A DNA stretch of 64,000 nt from Blastocatellia bacterium (GCA_963765495.1 CAVXWP010000008.1:879534-943533), one strand, 5' to 3'; positions 44,381 to 56,689 are shown, counted from the stretch's first letter. A program made the numbers and translations. Notes: generated from the sequence alone by a model not told the origin.

Positions 44381-46039
44381 ATGGAAACTATCGAAGCACC
44401 TCGCAAAGAAGAGACCCTCATCGACCGCCCCCACGTGATTCTCTCAAAGAAGAGAAGATGGGCGGTGACGGCAGGAGTGATGCTGGGAATGTTCCTGGCC
44501 GCGCTCGAAGCCACCGTCGTGAGCACAGCCATGCCTACGGTCATAGCCTCGCTTGGCGGGCTCGACCGCTATAGCTGGGTCTTTTCCGCCTATCTTCTCA
44601 CTTCGACCGTGACCGTTCCCGTCTGGGGAAGGCTTTCGGACCTTTACGGAAGGCGGCCTCTCTACTTCTCAGGCATTATTTTGTTCCTTATTGGTTCGGC
44701 CCTTTCAGGCGCATCGGGTACGATAAACCAGTTGATCTTTTTTCGAGCGGTGCAGGGGCTCGGCGCAGGCGCGCTGATACCTCTGAGCATGACGATCAAT
44801 GCCGACATCTACACTTTGCGCGAGCGGGCGCGCATACAGGGGCTCTTCAGCGGCGTGTTTGGACTTGCTTCGATACTCGGGCCCCTCGTAGGCGGATTTA
44901 TCACCGACAATCTTTCGTGGCGCTGGGTCTTTTATATCAACATTCCTTTCGGCCTGGCGGCGGCTCTGGTTGTGGGCGCTGCCCTTGTCGAGCCAAAGCG
45001 AACGACGAAACCTGTTATTGATTACGCGGGGGCACTCTGGCTGACTATTGCCATTACTCTGCTCCTGCTCGCGCTGGTCGAAAGCGGCGACCCTCATATG
45101 TGGACAAGCCCTCTGATGATTTCAGCCGTCACGGGCACGATTTTTTTTGCGATTCTCTTTGTCTGGACCGAAAGGCGCACGCCGGAGCCTATCGTCCCGT
45201 TTTCGATGTTTCGCAACCGAATAGTAACAGTCAGTTCGATCACTTCATTTTTGATAGGCACGGCGATGTTCGGCGCGATCTCGTTTATACCCCTGTTTGT
45301 TCAGGGGGCGCTCGGCGGCACGGCGACCGAAGCAGGTTCGGCGCTCACACCGCTTCTGATGGGATGGGTGATTATGGCGGTCGTGAGCGGCAGGATGATG
45401 TTGAGAATCGGTTATCGCCCTACGGTCATCGCCGGGCTTGTAGTTATGGCGCTCGGATTCGTCTTCCTGGCCATGCTTGGAAGGGAGACCCCGCGACAAC
45501 TGCTCCTCGCCGATCTTGCGTTGATCGGTTCAGGGATGGGGCTGGTTCTGACAGCTCTAATAATCACCGTTCAGAACGCGGTTAATCGCGATCAACTAGG
45601 CATAGCTACATCCGTCAATCAGTTTGCCCGCTCAATCGGAGGAGCGGTCGGAGTGGCGATGATGGGTTCTGTTCTGACCTTAAGCATCGGCTCTCATCTG
45701 GCCGAGATTCAAGCAGAGAGCGGGTTGCCGGAAGAACAGGTCGCCCACATAGCTCATAATCCGAGCGCTTTGATAGAACCTGCATCGCGTGCGGCGCTCC
45801 CCGAAGCCCTGCTCCAACCGATGGAATCGGCGCTTGCGGCGTCGCTTCACAACGTCTTTTTGATGGGGGTCGCGTTCGCCGCGCTCGCCCTTATAAGCGG
45901 ATTCTGGCTCCCTTCCCGCTATGATGTCGAAGGCAAGCCCGGGGCTGAACCGGATAAGGAATCCTGCTCGCCTTCGGAATGCGAACGATTGCTGATGGGA
46001 GAGATGACAACGATTGACCCTGAGCACGAACGAGGATAA
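44381..46039 (+). CDS. MFS multidrug transporter, DHA2 (EmrB/QacA-like)
   Basis: ALEATVVSTAMP, GRLSDLYGRR, 14-TM pattern. Confidence 0.93.
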   Translation: METIEAPRKEETLIDRPHVILSKKRRWAVTAGVMLGMFLAALEATVVSTAMPTVIASLGGLDRYSWVFSAYLLTSTVTVPVWGRLSDLYGRRPLYFSGIILFLIGSALSGASGTINQLIFFRAVQGLGAGALIPLSMTINADIYTLRERARIQGLFSGVFGLASILGPLVGGFITDNLSWRWVFYINIPFGLAAALVVGAALVEPKRTTKPVIDYAGALWLTIAITLLLLALVESGDPHMWTSPLMISAVTGTIFFAILFVWTERRTPEPIVPFSMFRNRIVTVSSITSFLIGTAMFGAISFIPLFVQGALGGTATEAGSALTPLLMGWVIMAVVSGRMMLRIGYRPTVIAGLVVMALGFVFLAMLGRETPRQLLLADLALIGSGMGLVLTALIITVQNAVNRDQLGIATSVNQFARSIGGAVGVAMMGSVLTLSIGSHLAEIQAESGLPEEQVAHIAHNPSALIEPASRAALPEALLQPMESALAASLHNVFLMGVAFAALALISGFWLPSRYDVEGKPGAEPDKESCSPSECERLLMGEMTTIDPEHERG

Positions 46040-46058
46040 GGCAAAGGATGCGGGATTA

Positions 46059-46147
46059 GTGATGCGTGAAGAGTGATGCGTGACTATCAGGTAAACCGCC
46101 TGTTAAAAAAATAGTGCTAGACAGGCAAATCACGAATCACGAAACAC
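46059..46147. repeat. Degenerate 7-bp palindromic element between convergent genes
   Basis: gtgatgcgtgaagagtgatgcgtga ... tcacgaatcacgaaacac. Confidence 0.65.
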
Positions 46148-46156
46148 TCGCTTGTC

Positions 46157-47047
46157 TCAATGACGATTCCTGAGCAGATCGAGCATCATTTTGGGGCTGT
46201 CTGTCTTGATCGCATCTACTCCAAGCGACGACATCGCTACCGCAATCTGAGGATCATCCACCGTCCAGACCCACACTTCGACACCGGCTTTATGTGCAAG
46301 GTCAACTATTTCCCAGGACAGTTTTTTATAAGAGACAGAGATCGAATGAGGCTTGAATTTCAAGACCTTTTCAAGCGATTCCTGATACGGGACAGTAACA
46401 TCATAGCCCGGATTTATGTGCAATTTGATTCGCGGGCCAAGCTCGTCGCGGATGCGTTCGGCGGTCTTCAAATCGGGTGTTTCGAGGACCACGCGATCAA
46501 GAGCAGGAGAGGTCTTTAACGTAGCGATGGTCTTTTTAACGAGGTCATCGTATCTGGCATCGCGTTTGATTTCGATATTGAAGAGCCCGGACCTGACATC
46601 GGAGAGCAACTCATCGAGCGTAGGCACGCGGCGGCCTCCCGTGTCTTCACCCACCGGGATCAAGGTTTGCGCGGTCAATTCAGCGTAACTCATATCCGAA
46701 ATCAGGCGGGTCCGTTGCAGGGGCGGCAATCCCTCGACCCGGCCAAACCTGTCATCGTGATAGATTACGATAACGCCGTCGCGGGTCAGGTGGATGTCCG
46801 TCTCGATGCCGTCAGCGCCGATCTTGCCTGCTCGCTGAAATGCCCCGATTGTATTTTCGGTTGACTCCATCGCTCCGCCACGATGGGCTATGATCAAGGT
46901 GTGGTTCCCTCTCAGGGTCTGTTGAACGGTTGCTTTGATTCTTAGCGTGTGGCTCTCGGCGTTGACGAGTGTCGCCAGGAAAAGAGCGATCAATGCAAAG
47001 GCGGCGATGCGCCTCGCAGTCGGAGTTATCGTAGGATTATCTCTCAT
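46157..47047 (-). CDS. Glycerophosphodiester phosphodiesterase
   Basis: IAHRGG..ENT, ETDIHLTRDG..YHD, NIEIK, WTVD, GVDAIKTD. Confidence 0.92.
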   Translation of the reverse strand: MRDNPTITPTARRIAAFALIALFLATLVNAESHTLRIKATVQQTLRGNHTLIIAHRGGAMESTENTIGAFQRAGKIGADGIETDIHLTRDGVIVIYHDDRFGRVEGLPPLQRTRLISDMSYAELTAQTLIPVGEDTGGRRVPTLDELLSDVRSGLFNIEIKRDARYDDLVKKTIATLKTSPALDRVVLETPDLKTAERIRDELGPRIKLHINPGYDVTVPYQESLEKVLKFKPHSISVSYKKLSWEIVDLAHKAGVEVWVWTVDDPQIAVAMSSLGVDAIKTDSPKMMLDLLRNRH

Positions 47048-47064
47048 AACAGACCTTCATCGGG

Positions 47065-47550
47065 TCAATCCCCTTCGTCGAAATGTTTCTTCAGCTTATC
47101 GTAAGTGGTTTGCAGGTCTTCGGGCAGGACGCGGGTCTCGCCTATGATGGAGACGAAGTTGGCATCGCCCGTCCAGCGCGGGACTACGTGGAGATGAAGA
47201 TGATCTGCCACACCGGCCCCCGCCGACTGACCGAGATTCATGCCTATGTTGAACCCGTCGGGGTTGTATTCAGCCTCAAGCGCGGTCTGAGCGCGTTTGG
47301 TCAGCTCGATCATTTCTGTAGTGATTGCTTCGCTCAAGGAGGGGAAAGATGCAGTATGTTCGTAGGGCACGATCATCAAATGGCCGCTCGTGTAAGGAAA
47401 GAGGTTGAGGATAATGAAATTGAGTTTTGCGCGATGGACTATAAGGTAGTGACGATCTTCGCCCTGTTGAGCGCGACAGAAAACGCAGCCAGGTTCGCGT
47501 CCGGCCGAAGCGATATATTTGTAGCGCCAGGGGCTCCAGATATGTTCCAT
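47065..47550 (-). CDS. HIT domain protein (Ap4A hydrolase/Fhit-like)
   Basis: CVFC, NLFPYTSGH, HLHLHVVPRW. Confidence 0.92.
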   Translation of the reverse strand: MEHIWSPWRYKYIASAGREPGCVFCRAQQGEDRHYLIVHRAKLNFIILNLFPYTSGHLMIVPYEHTASFPSLSEAITTEMIELTKRAQTALEAEYNPDGFNIGMNLGQSAGAGVADHLHLHVVPRWTGDANFVSIIGETRVLPEDLQTTYDKLKKHFDEGD

Positions 47551-47578
47551 CTCTTCTTACGATAAACAGTCGCCCAAA

Positions 47579-47622
47579 ATGCCTAAGAGTGATGAGCTTG
47601 TCTGCTCATCACTCTTAGGCAT
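47579..47622. terminator. Perfect 19-bp-stem hairpin downstream of rpsA (probable terminator)
   Basis: atgcctaagagtgatgagc-ttgtct-gctcatcactcttaggcat, followed by TTT on the minus strand. Confidence 0.65.
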
Positions 47623-47725
47623 CATTTTGAAACTATAGACCTACTCAAATCACTAGAGGAGCATGATTTAGGAAGAAAGAATTAGATGCAAATCAGCAAG
47701 TCATTCATCCTTCATCCTTCAAAAG

Positions 47726-49663
<1,938 letters not shown>

Positions 49664-50227
49664 CAATGGATACTCCTCCTCAACTGCCGTATTAGGTCTC
49701 ATTCAACCTCTGTCCCGGTTAGATGGAACTTGTGTACCCTACAGTATGCTCCATCAGGCTTGTATGGTTCAAGCCTACAAAGCGCATATGAAAAATCCCG
49801 ACAGTTATGCTGTCGTCAAAAGCGTGCGCAAGCCACGGGATGCGAAACTTCCATAATGAGGCCGCGCCTGCGCGCCCGCTCAAAATCAGTGAGCGAGCAC
49901 GACAACTTCAGCTTATGATTTCGCTGTTGCTACAGAACTCCCTCTGGTGCAAGAGAGTTTGGCAGGATTGTGATTGCACGGACCTGTTCATATGTCGCTT
50001 CTATACCTCAAGAGGCAAGGCACAACTCTACACATTGAAGCAACCCCTGTCAAGGATGCAACATAATCTCACTATTGATGATGCGAGGAATTTTCACGCT
50101 CAATCTGGTGGCATCGATCAGACAAAACCACCCCTTTCGGTTTCGCCTCCGAATGGATAAAAATGGTTGGGAACAAACCGCATAGATGCTGTGGATTGAC
50201 GAGCGGCCTGAGCGCCAGGGTTCTCAC

Positions 50228-52315
50228 TTATTTCTGCGCTCTCAACACGCGATATTCAAACCCCTTGAGCGTGATTGTTTCGGGTGCCTGAACGCCCGCA
50301 AGCATATCGAGATACCCGCTGCCGGGCGTAATCGTCACGTCTTCGGCCGAGTGGTTGAGGATAAAATAATAATCCGAGCCTCTCTTTGTCCTTCGCGTGA
50401 CCTCGACCTCTTTTGGAAAGCCGGTAAAGAGCGGCTTGAGATGTTGTTCCGCCGCGTAACGGCCTAAGAGAAGGCGCGCAGATTCGAGGTTGAAGAAAGA
50501 GCCGTAATAAACGGCTTTGCCTTTCCCCGCTCTGTTTTCCGAGCAGGCGGCTGCGCCTTTCATAAAATCGCGGTCCCAGGTTGCGATGACGGTCGCCGTT
50601 TTTGGCTTCAGGATATCGGCAAAGACATTGACCGGGGCCATTGCTTCTTCGCCGAATTTGATCGAGTTCTTCTCGCGCGAAGGCTGTTGATAACATTGAA
50701 AGGATTCGATCTCTACTCCAAAAAGATCGTCCAGCATTATCGGAATAGTCTTGTCGGTCATGGCGTTGTCACGCGTCTTCACGGCGCTATGAGCCGACAT
50801 CACAAAGATGCCGCCGCTTTCAACAAATTCCTTTATCTTCCGCGCAAGCTCGTCATCCATCAATATCAGGTGAGGCGCGAAGATGATCTTGTACTGCCTG
50901 AAATCGCCCGAAGGGCTTATGAAATCGATGTTGTGCTTCAACTCGGAAGCCGCCTGGAAAAAGTTCACAAACTCATTTCCGATATTCACTTCGCTTGTGA
51001 AGTACTGATGGTCGAATACCCATTCATCGTCGTAGTCCTTTATTACGGCGATGTCGGATACGATCTTTGATCCAACCAGTTCCTCGCCGATTTTTTTGAT
51101 TTCGAGACCCTCTTTCTTGAATTCCTGAAATCTTGCGCGCGGTACATTGTCGTGATCGAGGACGCCGTACCAGTACTCTTCCGCGCCGCGCCGCGCCGTT
51201 CGCCAGCGAAAATGGAGTATGCCTTCGGCCCCGTGAGCGATTGCCTGAAACGTCCAGAGGTTCATCTCACCCGGTCTTGGGACCCTGAGCAGGTAGGTCT
51301 GGCCCGCCGGGCCGGTCTGTTCTTCCATAACCATGATTCGCCCGTTAAAACCGCGTATCATCGTCTGGCTGGCTCCGTTGCCGTATTGCGGCTGTTCGGA
51401 AAAAGTCGGGTAACTGTCCATCGAATAGATGTCGAGGTCGCGGCTGAAATCATAGTAATTGATATTTCGAAATACGCCGTTATGAGTGACGAAATCGTTT
51501 GGGCGATATTTGCGGATGATCTCCAGCTGGTCGTGCATATAAGAGTTGACCGAATCTGAAATAAACCGTTTGTAATCGAGCGCGAGCGCCGGGTTGTGAA
51601 AGCTTGGAGCGTGCTTTGGCAAATCTATTTGATCCCAATCCGAGTAGGTCTGGCTCCAGAATTTTGTCCCCCATCTTTCATTCAAGGAATCGAGGGTTCC
51701 ATACTTCGACTTCAAGAATCGGCGGAAGGCGATGCTGCAACTGTTGCTGTAACATTCCGGGTTTTCACAATTGAACTCGTTATCAATCTGCCAGCCGATG
51801 ATATTCGAGTTATCTTTGAAATGACGCACCATCGCTTCCACTATCTTCTTTGAAAACTCCCGATAGACCGGACTGTTATAGCAATAGTGGCGGCGCGTTT
51901 GATCATTGGCGGGCATTCCGTTGGCAAAGACGTGAAGGACTTCCGGGTATTTATGAGTCAGCCATTTCGGGGGCGTGGCTGTAGGGGTGCCGAGTATGGT
52001 CTTGATTCCATGCTTTGATAAGACGGCGATGGCGCGATCAAAGAGAGCGAAATCATAATGCCCCTGTTCGGATTCCATAATCGACCACGCGAATTCTCCC
52101 ATCCGAACGGCGTTGACACCGCACTCCTGCATCCGCCGGGCATCCTGCTCCCAATACTCTTCGGGCCAGTGCTCCGGGTAGTAATCGGCCCCGAACAAAA
52201 AGGCAGGAAATCTGTCCGCTCGTTGCGCGGCGTGGACGGGGGGCAAAAGGTTGAACGTGATAGCCAGAAGCAGAAGGAGCGTGAAATTCTTTGCTTGTCT
52301 CATAAAATTTCTCAT
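50228..52315 (-). CDS. Beta-galactosidase, GH42 family, with signal peptide
   Basis: GADYYPEHW, GEFAWS, GTPTATPPKWL, WQIDNE, FRWRTARRGAEE. Confidence 0.93.
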   Translation of the reverse strand: MRNFMRQAKNFTLLLLLAITFNLLPPVHAAQRADRFPAFLFGADYYPEHWPEEYWEQDARRMQECGVNAVRMGEFAWSIMESEQGHYDFALFDRAIAVLSKHGIKTILGTPTATPPKWLTHKYPEVLHVFANGMPANDQTRRHYCYNSPVYREFSKKIVEAMVRHFKDNSNIIGWQIDNEFNCENPECYSNSCSIAFRRFLKSKYGTLDSLNERWGTKFWSQTYSDWDQIDLPKHAPSFHNPALALDYKRFISDSVNSYMHDQLEIIRKYRPNDFVTHNGVFRNINYYDFSRDLDIYSMDSYPTFSEQPQYGNGASQTMIRGFNGRIMVMEEQTGPAGQTYLLRVPRPGEMNLWTFQAIAHGAEGILHFRWRTARRGAEEYWYGVLDHDNVPRARFQEFKKEGLEIKKIGEELVGSKIVSDIAVIKDYDDEWVFDHQYFTSEVNIGNEFVNFFQAASELKHNIDFISPSGDFRQYKIIFAPHLILMDDELARKIKEFVESGGIFVMSAHSAVKTRDNAMTDKTIPIMLDDLFGVEIESFQCYQQPSREKNSIKFGEEAMAPVNVFADILKPKTATVIATWDRDFMKGAAACSENRAGKGKAVYYGSFFNLESARLLLGRYAAEQHLKPLFTGFPKEVEVTRRTKRGSDYYFILNHSAEDVTITPGSGYLDMLAGVQAPETITLKGFEYRVLRAQK

Positions 52316-52514
52316 CGCGGAAGAGATTTAGAAGTTATCACTGATATGACAACTCTTCAATTGCATCAAAGGCGGCAGAGTGTTAAGTTCCCCTTTCGCC
52401 CGTATTTTCTTAACGGCAGATGCTCAGATGAAAAGAGACGAATGTTGCGTTTTGACCGGCGCAGCCTGTTTACATTAATGACATTCGGCGGCTCATCCGC
52501 CAGGGAGCTTCGAT

Positions 52515-54140
52515 ATGAAATCATCAAACCCTAGCATCCTCGTCACCCTTGTTATCTTATTCGCTACGGCTCTGGCCGGGAACGCCCTCGGTCAGGTGCG
52601 TGTCAGGACTGCCAACGGCGTTGTCGAAGGAACAACAGAAAAGAGCACCGGGATACGAACATTCAAAGGCATACCTTTCGCCGCGCCGCCGGTCGGCGAC
52701 CTGCGATGGCAGTCACCGCAGCCGGTCAAAGACTGGAAGGGCACGCGCAAGGCCCACCAGTTCGGCCCGCGCTGTATGCAGAAACCCATCTTTGGAGATA
52801 TGGGATTCAGGTCTAATGGTATGAGCGAGGACTGTCTCTACCTGAATGTCTGGACGCCCGCAAAATCGGGCAAAGAGCGACTGCCGGTGCTGGTCTATTT
52901 TTACGGTGGCGGATTCGTCGCAGGCGATGGCTCGGAGGCGCGCTACCAGGGCGAAAGCATGGCACGCAAGGGAGTTGTAGCCCTTACGGTGAATTATCGT
53001 CTGGGTGTATTTGGCTTCTTTGCCCATCCCGAATTGACAAAGGAGTCGCCCCATCATGCCTCTGGCAATTACGGCCTTCTCGATCAGACCGCCGCGCTGC
53101 GCTGGGTACAGAAGAACATCGCGGCCTTTGGCGGCGACCCGAAGCGAGTCACTATCGCAGGCGAATCGGCCGGCTCGGTTTCAGTCAGCGCGCAGATGGC
53201 TTCGCCTTTATCAAAAGATATGATCGCAGGCGCGATTGGAGAGAGCGGGTCAATCATCGGCGCGCTCTCGGCCGTGCCGCTTGAAGAAGGCGAACAGAAG
53301 GGCGTCAAACTCGCGGAAAGCATCGGGGCAACGACACTTCCGGCATTGCGCGCAATGCCCGCCGAGCAGCTTCTTGATGCCGTCTCCAAACCGGGCGCGC
53401 CGTTTCCTTCTCCGACCGTGGACGGGTACCTCTTCCCGAAACCACCCGCAGAAATCTATGCCGCCGGGGAACAGGCTCATGTCCCCTTGCTGGTCGGGTC
53501 AAATTCGGAAGAACTCGGGTACTATGTAATCCTAGGTCGAGAACAGCCTACCGTTGAGAATTACCGCAAGGCGCTCACAAGGCTTTACAATGATAATGCC
53601 GACGAGGTCTTCAAGCTCTACCCGGCAACGACGGAAACCGAGGTGATGGATGCGGCGCAGGATCTGGCCAGCGACCGTTTTATCAGCTACAGCACGTGGA
53701 AGTGGCTGGACCTGGCAACAAAAACCGGCGGCAAGCCCACCTACTATTATCTCTACTCCCGCCCGCGTCCGGCGATGCGCGCTGAGATGGGAAACGCTAC
53801 AGCGGGGCTTGCGGGCGGAGTTGTGAAGGGTTCTCAAGCGGCAAATCAGGCGCCCCGGCCTCGCGGCGCGGTCCATTCGGCCGAGATCGAGTACGCAATG
53901 GGCAACCTGGACTCGAACGAGGTCTATGCCTGGACGCCGGATGACTACAAGGTGTCGAACATCATGCAGGAATATTTCGCCAACTTCATAAAGACGGGCG
54001 ACCCAAACGGCCCGGGGCTTCCGAAGTGGCCGACCTTTGATACAGGCCAACGCATGACGATTGATGTAAACACCCGCGCCGAGCCTGATAAGGTTCGGGC
54101 GCGTTATCAATTTATGGATCGGCTAAATCAGAAGAAATAG
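52515..54140 (+). CDS. Type-B carboxylesterase, secreted
   Basis: SEDCLYLNVW, YGGGF, GESAG, HSAEI. Confidence 0.94.
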   Translation: MKSSNPSILVTLVILFATALAGNALGQVRVRTANGVVEGTTEKSTGIRTFKGIPFAAPPVGDLRWQSPQPVKDWKGTRKAHQFGPRCMQKPIFGDMGFRSNGMSEDCLYLNVWTPAKSGKERLPVLVYFYGGGFVAGDGSEARYQGESMARKGVVALTVNYRLGVFGFFAHPELTKESPHHASGNYGLLDQTAALRWVQKNIAAFGGDPKRVTIAGESAGSVSVSAQMASPLSKDMIAGAIGESGSIIGALSAVPLEEGEQKGVKLAESIGATTLPALRAMPAEQLLDAVSKPGAPFPSPTVDGYLFPKPPAEIYAAGEQAHVPLLVGSNSEELGYYVILGREQPTVENYRKALTRLYNDNADEVFKLYPATTETEVMDAAQDLASDRFISYSTWKWLDLATKTGGKPTYYYLYSRPRPAMRAEMGNATAGLAGGVVKGSQAANQAPRPRGAVHSAEIEYAMGNLDSNEVYAWTPDDYKVSNIMQEYFANFIKTGDPNGPGLPKWPTFDTGQRMTIDVNTRAEPDKVRARYQFMDRLNQKK

Positions 54141-54181
54141 AACGATTTCGAGATTGGATAGAGGGCAAAATATATAAGAAA

Positions 54182-54229
54182 TGGAGGCGGCGATCGGAAT
54201 CGAACCGATGGATAAAGGTTTTGCAGACC
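54182..54229 (-). other. 3' half of tRNA-Cys(GCA): att site (duplicated core) of an integrated element
   Basis: Minus strand GGTCTGCAAAACC-TTTATC-CATCGGTTCGATTCCGATCGCCGCCTCCA gives anticodon loop, T-arm and acceptor 3' strand with CCA; no D-arm or 5' strand upstream. Confidence 0.85.
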
Positions 54230-54336
54230 GAGAAAGCCCATTTGTACTGGATGGCATAGAGTTGTATGTGAGTAGTAAAATCAGCAATTTAGCATCTGAG
54301 CCTTACTAACCCATATCACTCCATCTATGCAGGTAC

Positions 54337-54358
54337 CCGCTACATTATCCGCTACATT
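54337..54358 (+). repeat. Tandem direct repeat CCGCTACATT x2 (candidate integrase arm-type sites)
   Basis: ccgctacatt-at-ccgctacatt about 110 bp inside the att core. Confidence 0.55.
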
Positions 54359-54420
54359 CTTTCAATGAACGTCTCGCGTTATTGTCGGAATGCGCGACCC
54401 TCCATCTAGCCCTTGCCTCT

Positions 54421-54681
54421 CTACTTCTCCCTAAACTTCCTGACCAGAATGCGTAGATAATCCTCCTTTAGATCAGAATAGAAGCTTCCCAACCTGATTA
54501 CTTCATCTATTGCCGATTGGATCAACACAAACAACTGTGTAGTGTCTCCGCTTACTTCCTTGATACCCTCAAGTAGCAAAATCAGGCTGTCTGGATCGCC
54601 TTCTTGTGCGCGATAGGCTAACTCTGCCGCTTCCTTGTGGGTTAGATTGATTTGCTTTCTCTCATCATCGGCTGTATACAT
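54421..54681 (-). CDS. Small helical hypothetical protein
   Basis: SD GGAGG before ATG 54681. Confidence 0.6.
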   Translation of the reverse strand: MYTADDERKQINLTHKEAAELAYRAQEGDPDSLILLLEGIKEVSGDTTQLFVLIQSAIDEVIRLGSFYSDLKEDYLRILVRKFREK

Positions 54682-54786
54682 GGATTGTCCTCCATTCGTG
54701 GATGGATGAGAGAGGCAAGATTTAGATTTCACCGTCTTGGCTTGCCTCTCTGTTTTAGGTTTGGACTGTGAGCCATCACACTCCCT

Positions 54787-55561
54787 TTAGTTTTCCCTTC
54801 CTGCCTTCAAGATTCTGTCTGCTGCGCCGAATATCTTCATTGCTGATTTCTCAGGTACACAATCACCTTTTAGCCAATGCTGGATATATCCTCTAGCGTA
54901 TTCACTGCCCGGTAGTTGTAGAGATTCAAGCACTAGCATTGCTGTGGCTTCTGCTTCTACTTCTCTGAGGTTTCTAGGCGTATGCTCGGTATCGTTAAAG
55001 TCTGCCTCTGCGGTGTGGCCTAGTTCTATATGGGCCAGTTCGTGAAAGAGAGTCTTATGAGGCATAGCGGCCACTGGTGATATTGCTATCTCTCTTTTTT
55101 GAGCGTAGCCTTGCACATTGCCATCTGTTAGGTGTGAATTCAACTTGCTGGATGTTGAGAGCAGCAAGGGCTTTCTCTTTATCCCAAGATGGTATCTCAG
55201 GCATAGCTACTGGCTCGCCATCAGTCTGACTCAAGACAAACCAATTAGGCTTCCAGACAAAGTTAGTTATTACTCTCTGATCTTCGCTACTATCTTTATC
55301 TTTGATCTTTCGAGTAAGAGGCATACATAGCCATATAGCCTTCTCGCCTTTCCTGACCTGTCGGTTTAGTTTCTTCCAACCTGGATAAGTGTTGATTGGT
55401 CCTGGCTCTATGCTTCTTAGATGACATTGAACCATAGCGGCTATTTGATTGCTCAAGCTATATCCATGAAATGCGCTATAGGCTCTCATAATCAATCCGG
55501 GCTGGTTTATCGCCTGTCGTAGTAACTCACTCCATTTGTTTGTCCATAAATCCTCCATCAA
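54787..55561 (-). CDS. ArdC-like antirestriction protein (DUF1738 ssDNA-binding + zincin metallopeptidase), frameshifted at ~55131
   Basis: FHGYSLSNQ, TYPGWKKLNRQVRKGEKAI, FVLSQTDG in one frame; TLFHELAHIELGH, REVEAE, YIQHWL in the next. Confidence 0.85.
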
Positions 55562-55614
55562 AAATCTGATTAGAAATTGGAGGGATGAGCCTTAACCCAT
55601 CCCTTCTCCATTTT

Positions 55615-56001
55615 TCAGTGAGCGTAAAGAGCCAAGTAGTATTGGCGGTCAAAGTCATAGGCAGGATGAGAGCGAACATTCTTTAGATTGAATGCCCATG
55701 CTCTTGTCTCTGCACTACGCTTGCCCCATTCGCTGAAATCGCCTTGCTTGCTGTGGAATTCGACATGGCAAGTTTCGTGAGCGGGTTCAACTTGGGTTCC
55801 GCCATTGCTCTTGTAGATAGGGTGATGGAGGTTTAAGTTTTCATCTGGCTGGATTTCGTCTTTGCAGAAATAGCAGGCCAATGGCTTATGGTCGTTTGAT
55901 TCTGCTAATTCTCTGCTTTGTTCTTGCCGTAGATAGCCAGCATGGATTTGCTGACCTATTAGAGTCTTGATGTCGTTTGCTTCGTGGGTGTATTCTCTCA
56001 T
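55615..56001 (-). CDS. HNH-type endonuclease-like protein
   Basis: CYFC..LHHPIYKSNGG..AHETCHVEFH. Confidence 0.75.
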   Translation of the reverse strand: MREYTHEANDIKTLIGQQIHAGYLRQEQSRELAESNDHKPLACYFCKDEIQPDENLNLHHPIYKSNGGTQVEPAHETCHVEFHSKQGDFSEWGKRSAETRAWAFNLKNVRSHPAYDFDRQYYLALYAH

Positions 56002-56187
56002 TGGATTTCACTATCCTTTCTGACCCGTCGCAAGCGGGTTGGATATTCAAGGGTTGAGTGTTACTAGCACTCAGCCCTTTACCTTTTAGTGTCTTGCCTT
56101 CTGGCTAACCTCAGAGTTAAAGCTACCTAATGGATTTCATAGCCTCTGGCCTGCTTTACGATGTCAAAGAACTGATCTATGAGTAAA

Positions 56188-56216
56188 ACTATACGCTTAA
56201 ACAGAGAGTTTGTCAA
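56188..56216 (-). promoter_or_regulatory. Sigma-70 promoter for the HNH-ArdC operon
   Basis: Minus strand TTGACA-17nt-TATAGT. Confidence 0.8.
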
Positions 56217-56230
56217 TAAAAATCTACGTC

Positions 56231-56259
56231 TTGACAGAGAATAATTTTGGATGTATAAA
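56231..56259 (+). promoter_or_regulatory. Sigma-70 promoter for the HTH gene (likely leaderless mRNA)
   Basis: TTGACA-17nt-TATAAA; ATG 7 nt downstream. Confidence 0.8.
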
Positions 56260-56266
56260 CAGTCTT

Positions 56267-56494
56267 ATGAAGCAACTAACGACACCACAGGCAGCAGCCA
56301 AGCTTGGCCTTAGCATTTACCGCATTCAGCAATTTATTCGTGAAGGTCGTTTACCTGCTGAGAAGGTAGGAAGAGATTGGCTGATCCGTGAAGAAGATTT
56401 GAAATTAGTTGAGAACCGCAAGCCAGGAAGACCATCAAAGAAACTAAAGGCTACAAAGAAACCTAAATCCACGAAGGAAGTTAAATCGAAGTAA
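56267..56494 (+). CDS. Excisionase-family (HTH_17) DNA-binding protein
   Basis: LTTPQAAAKLGLS..RIQQFIREGRLPAEKVGRDWLI, followed by a basic RKPGRP tail. Confidence 0.88.
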   Translation: MKQLTTPQAAAKLGLSIYRIQQFIREGRLPAEKVGRDWLIREEDLKLVENRKPGRPSKKLKATKKPKSTKEVKSK

Positions 56495-56689
56495 GCAGCA
56501 ATATTGCTGCCTGCTAACCGCATGTGGGATTTCAGGTAGCAAAGCTTTTAGACAATACCCGCGAGAATCTCGACGCGAAATTTCAATTTTCCCATACAGG
56601 CAACTTCCATTCTATCTGCCTGATTTGCGGCACCTTCTACAGATGCCTATTGAGTACAATTTGGCTGTCTATATTTGTGGACCTTTGGC

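Noticed and set aside
54182-54260. Complete tRNA-Cys gene
   Set aside because: No D-arm or 5' acceptor strand is present; interpreted as an att duplication
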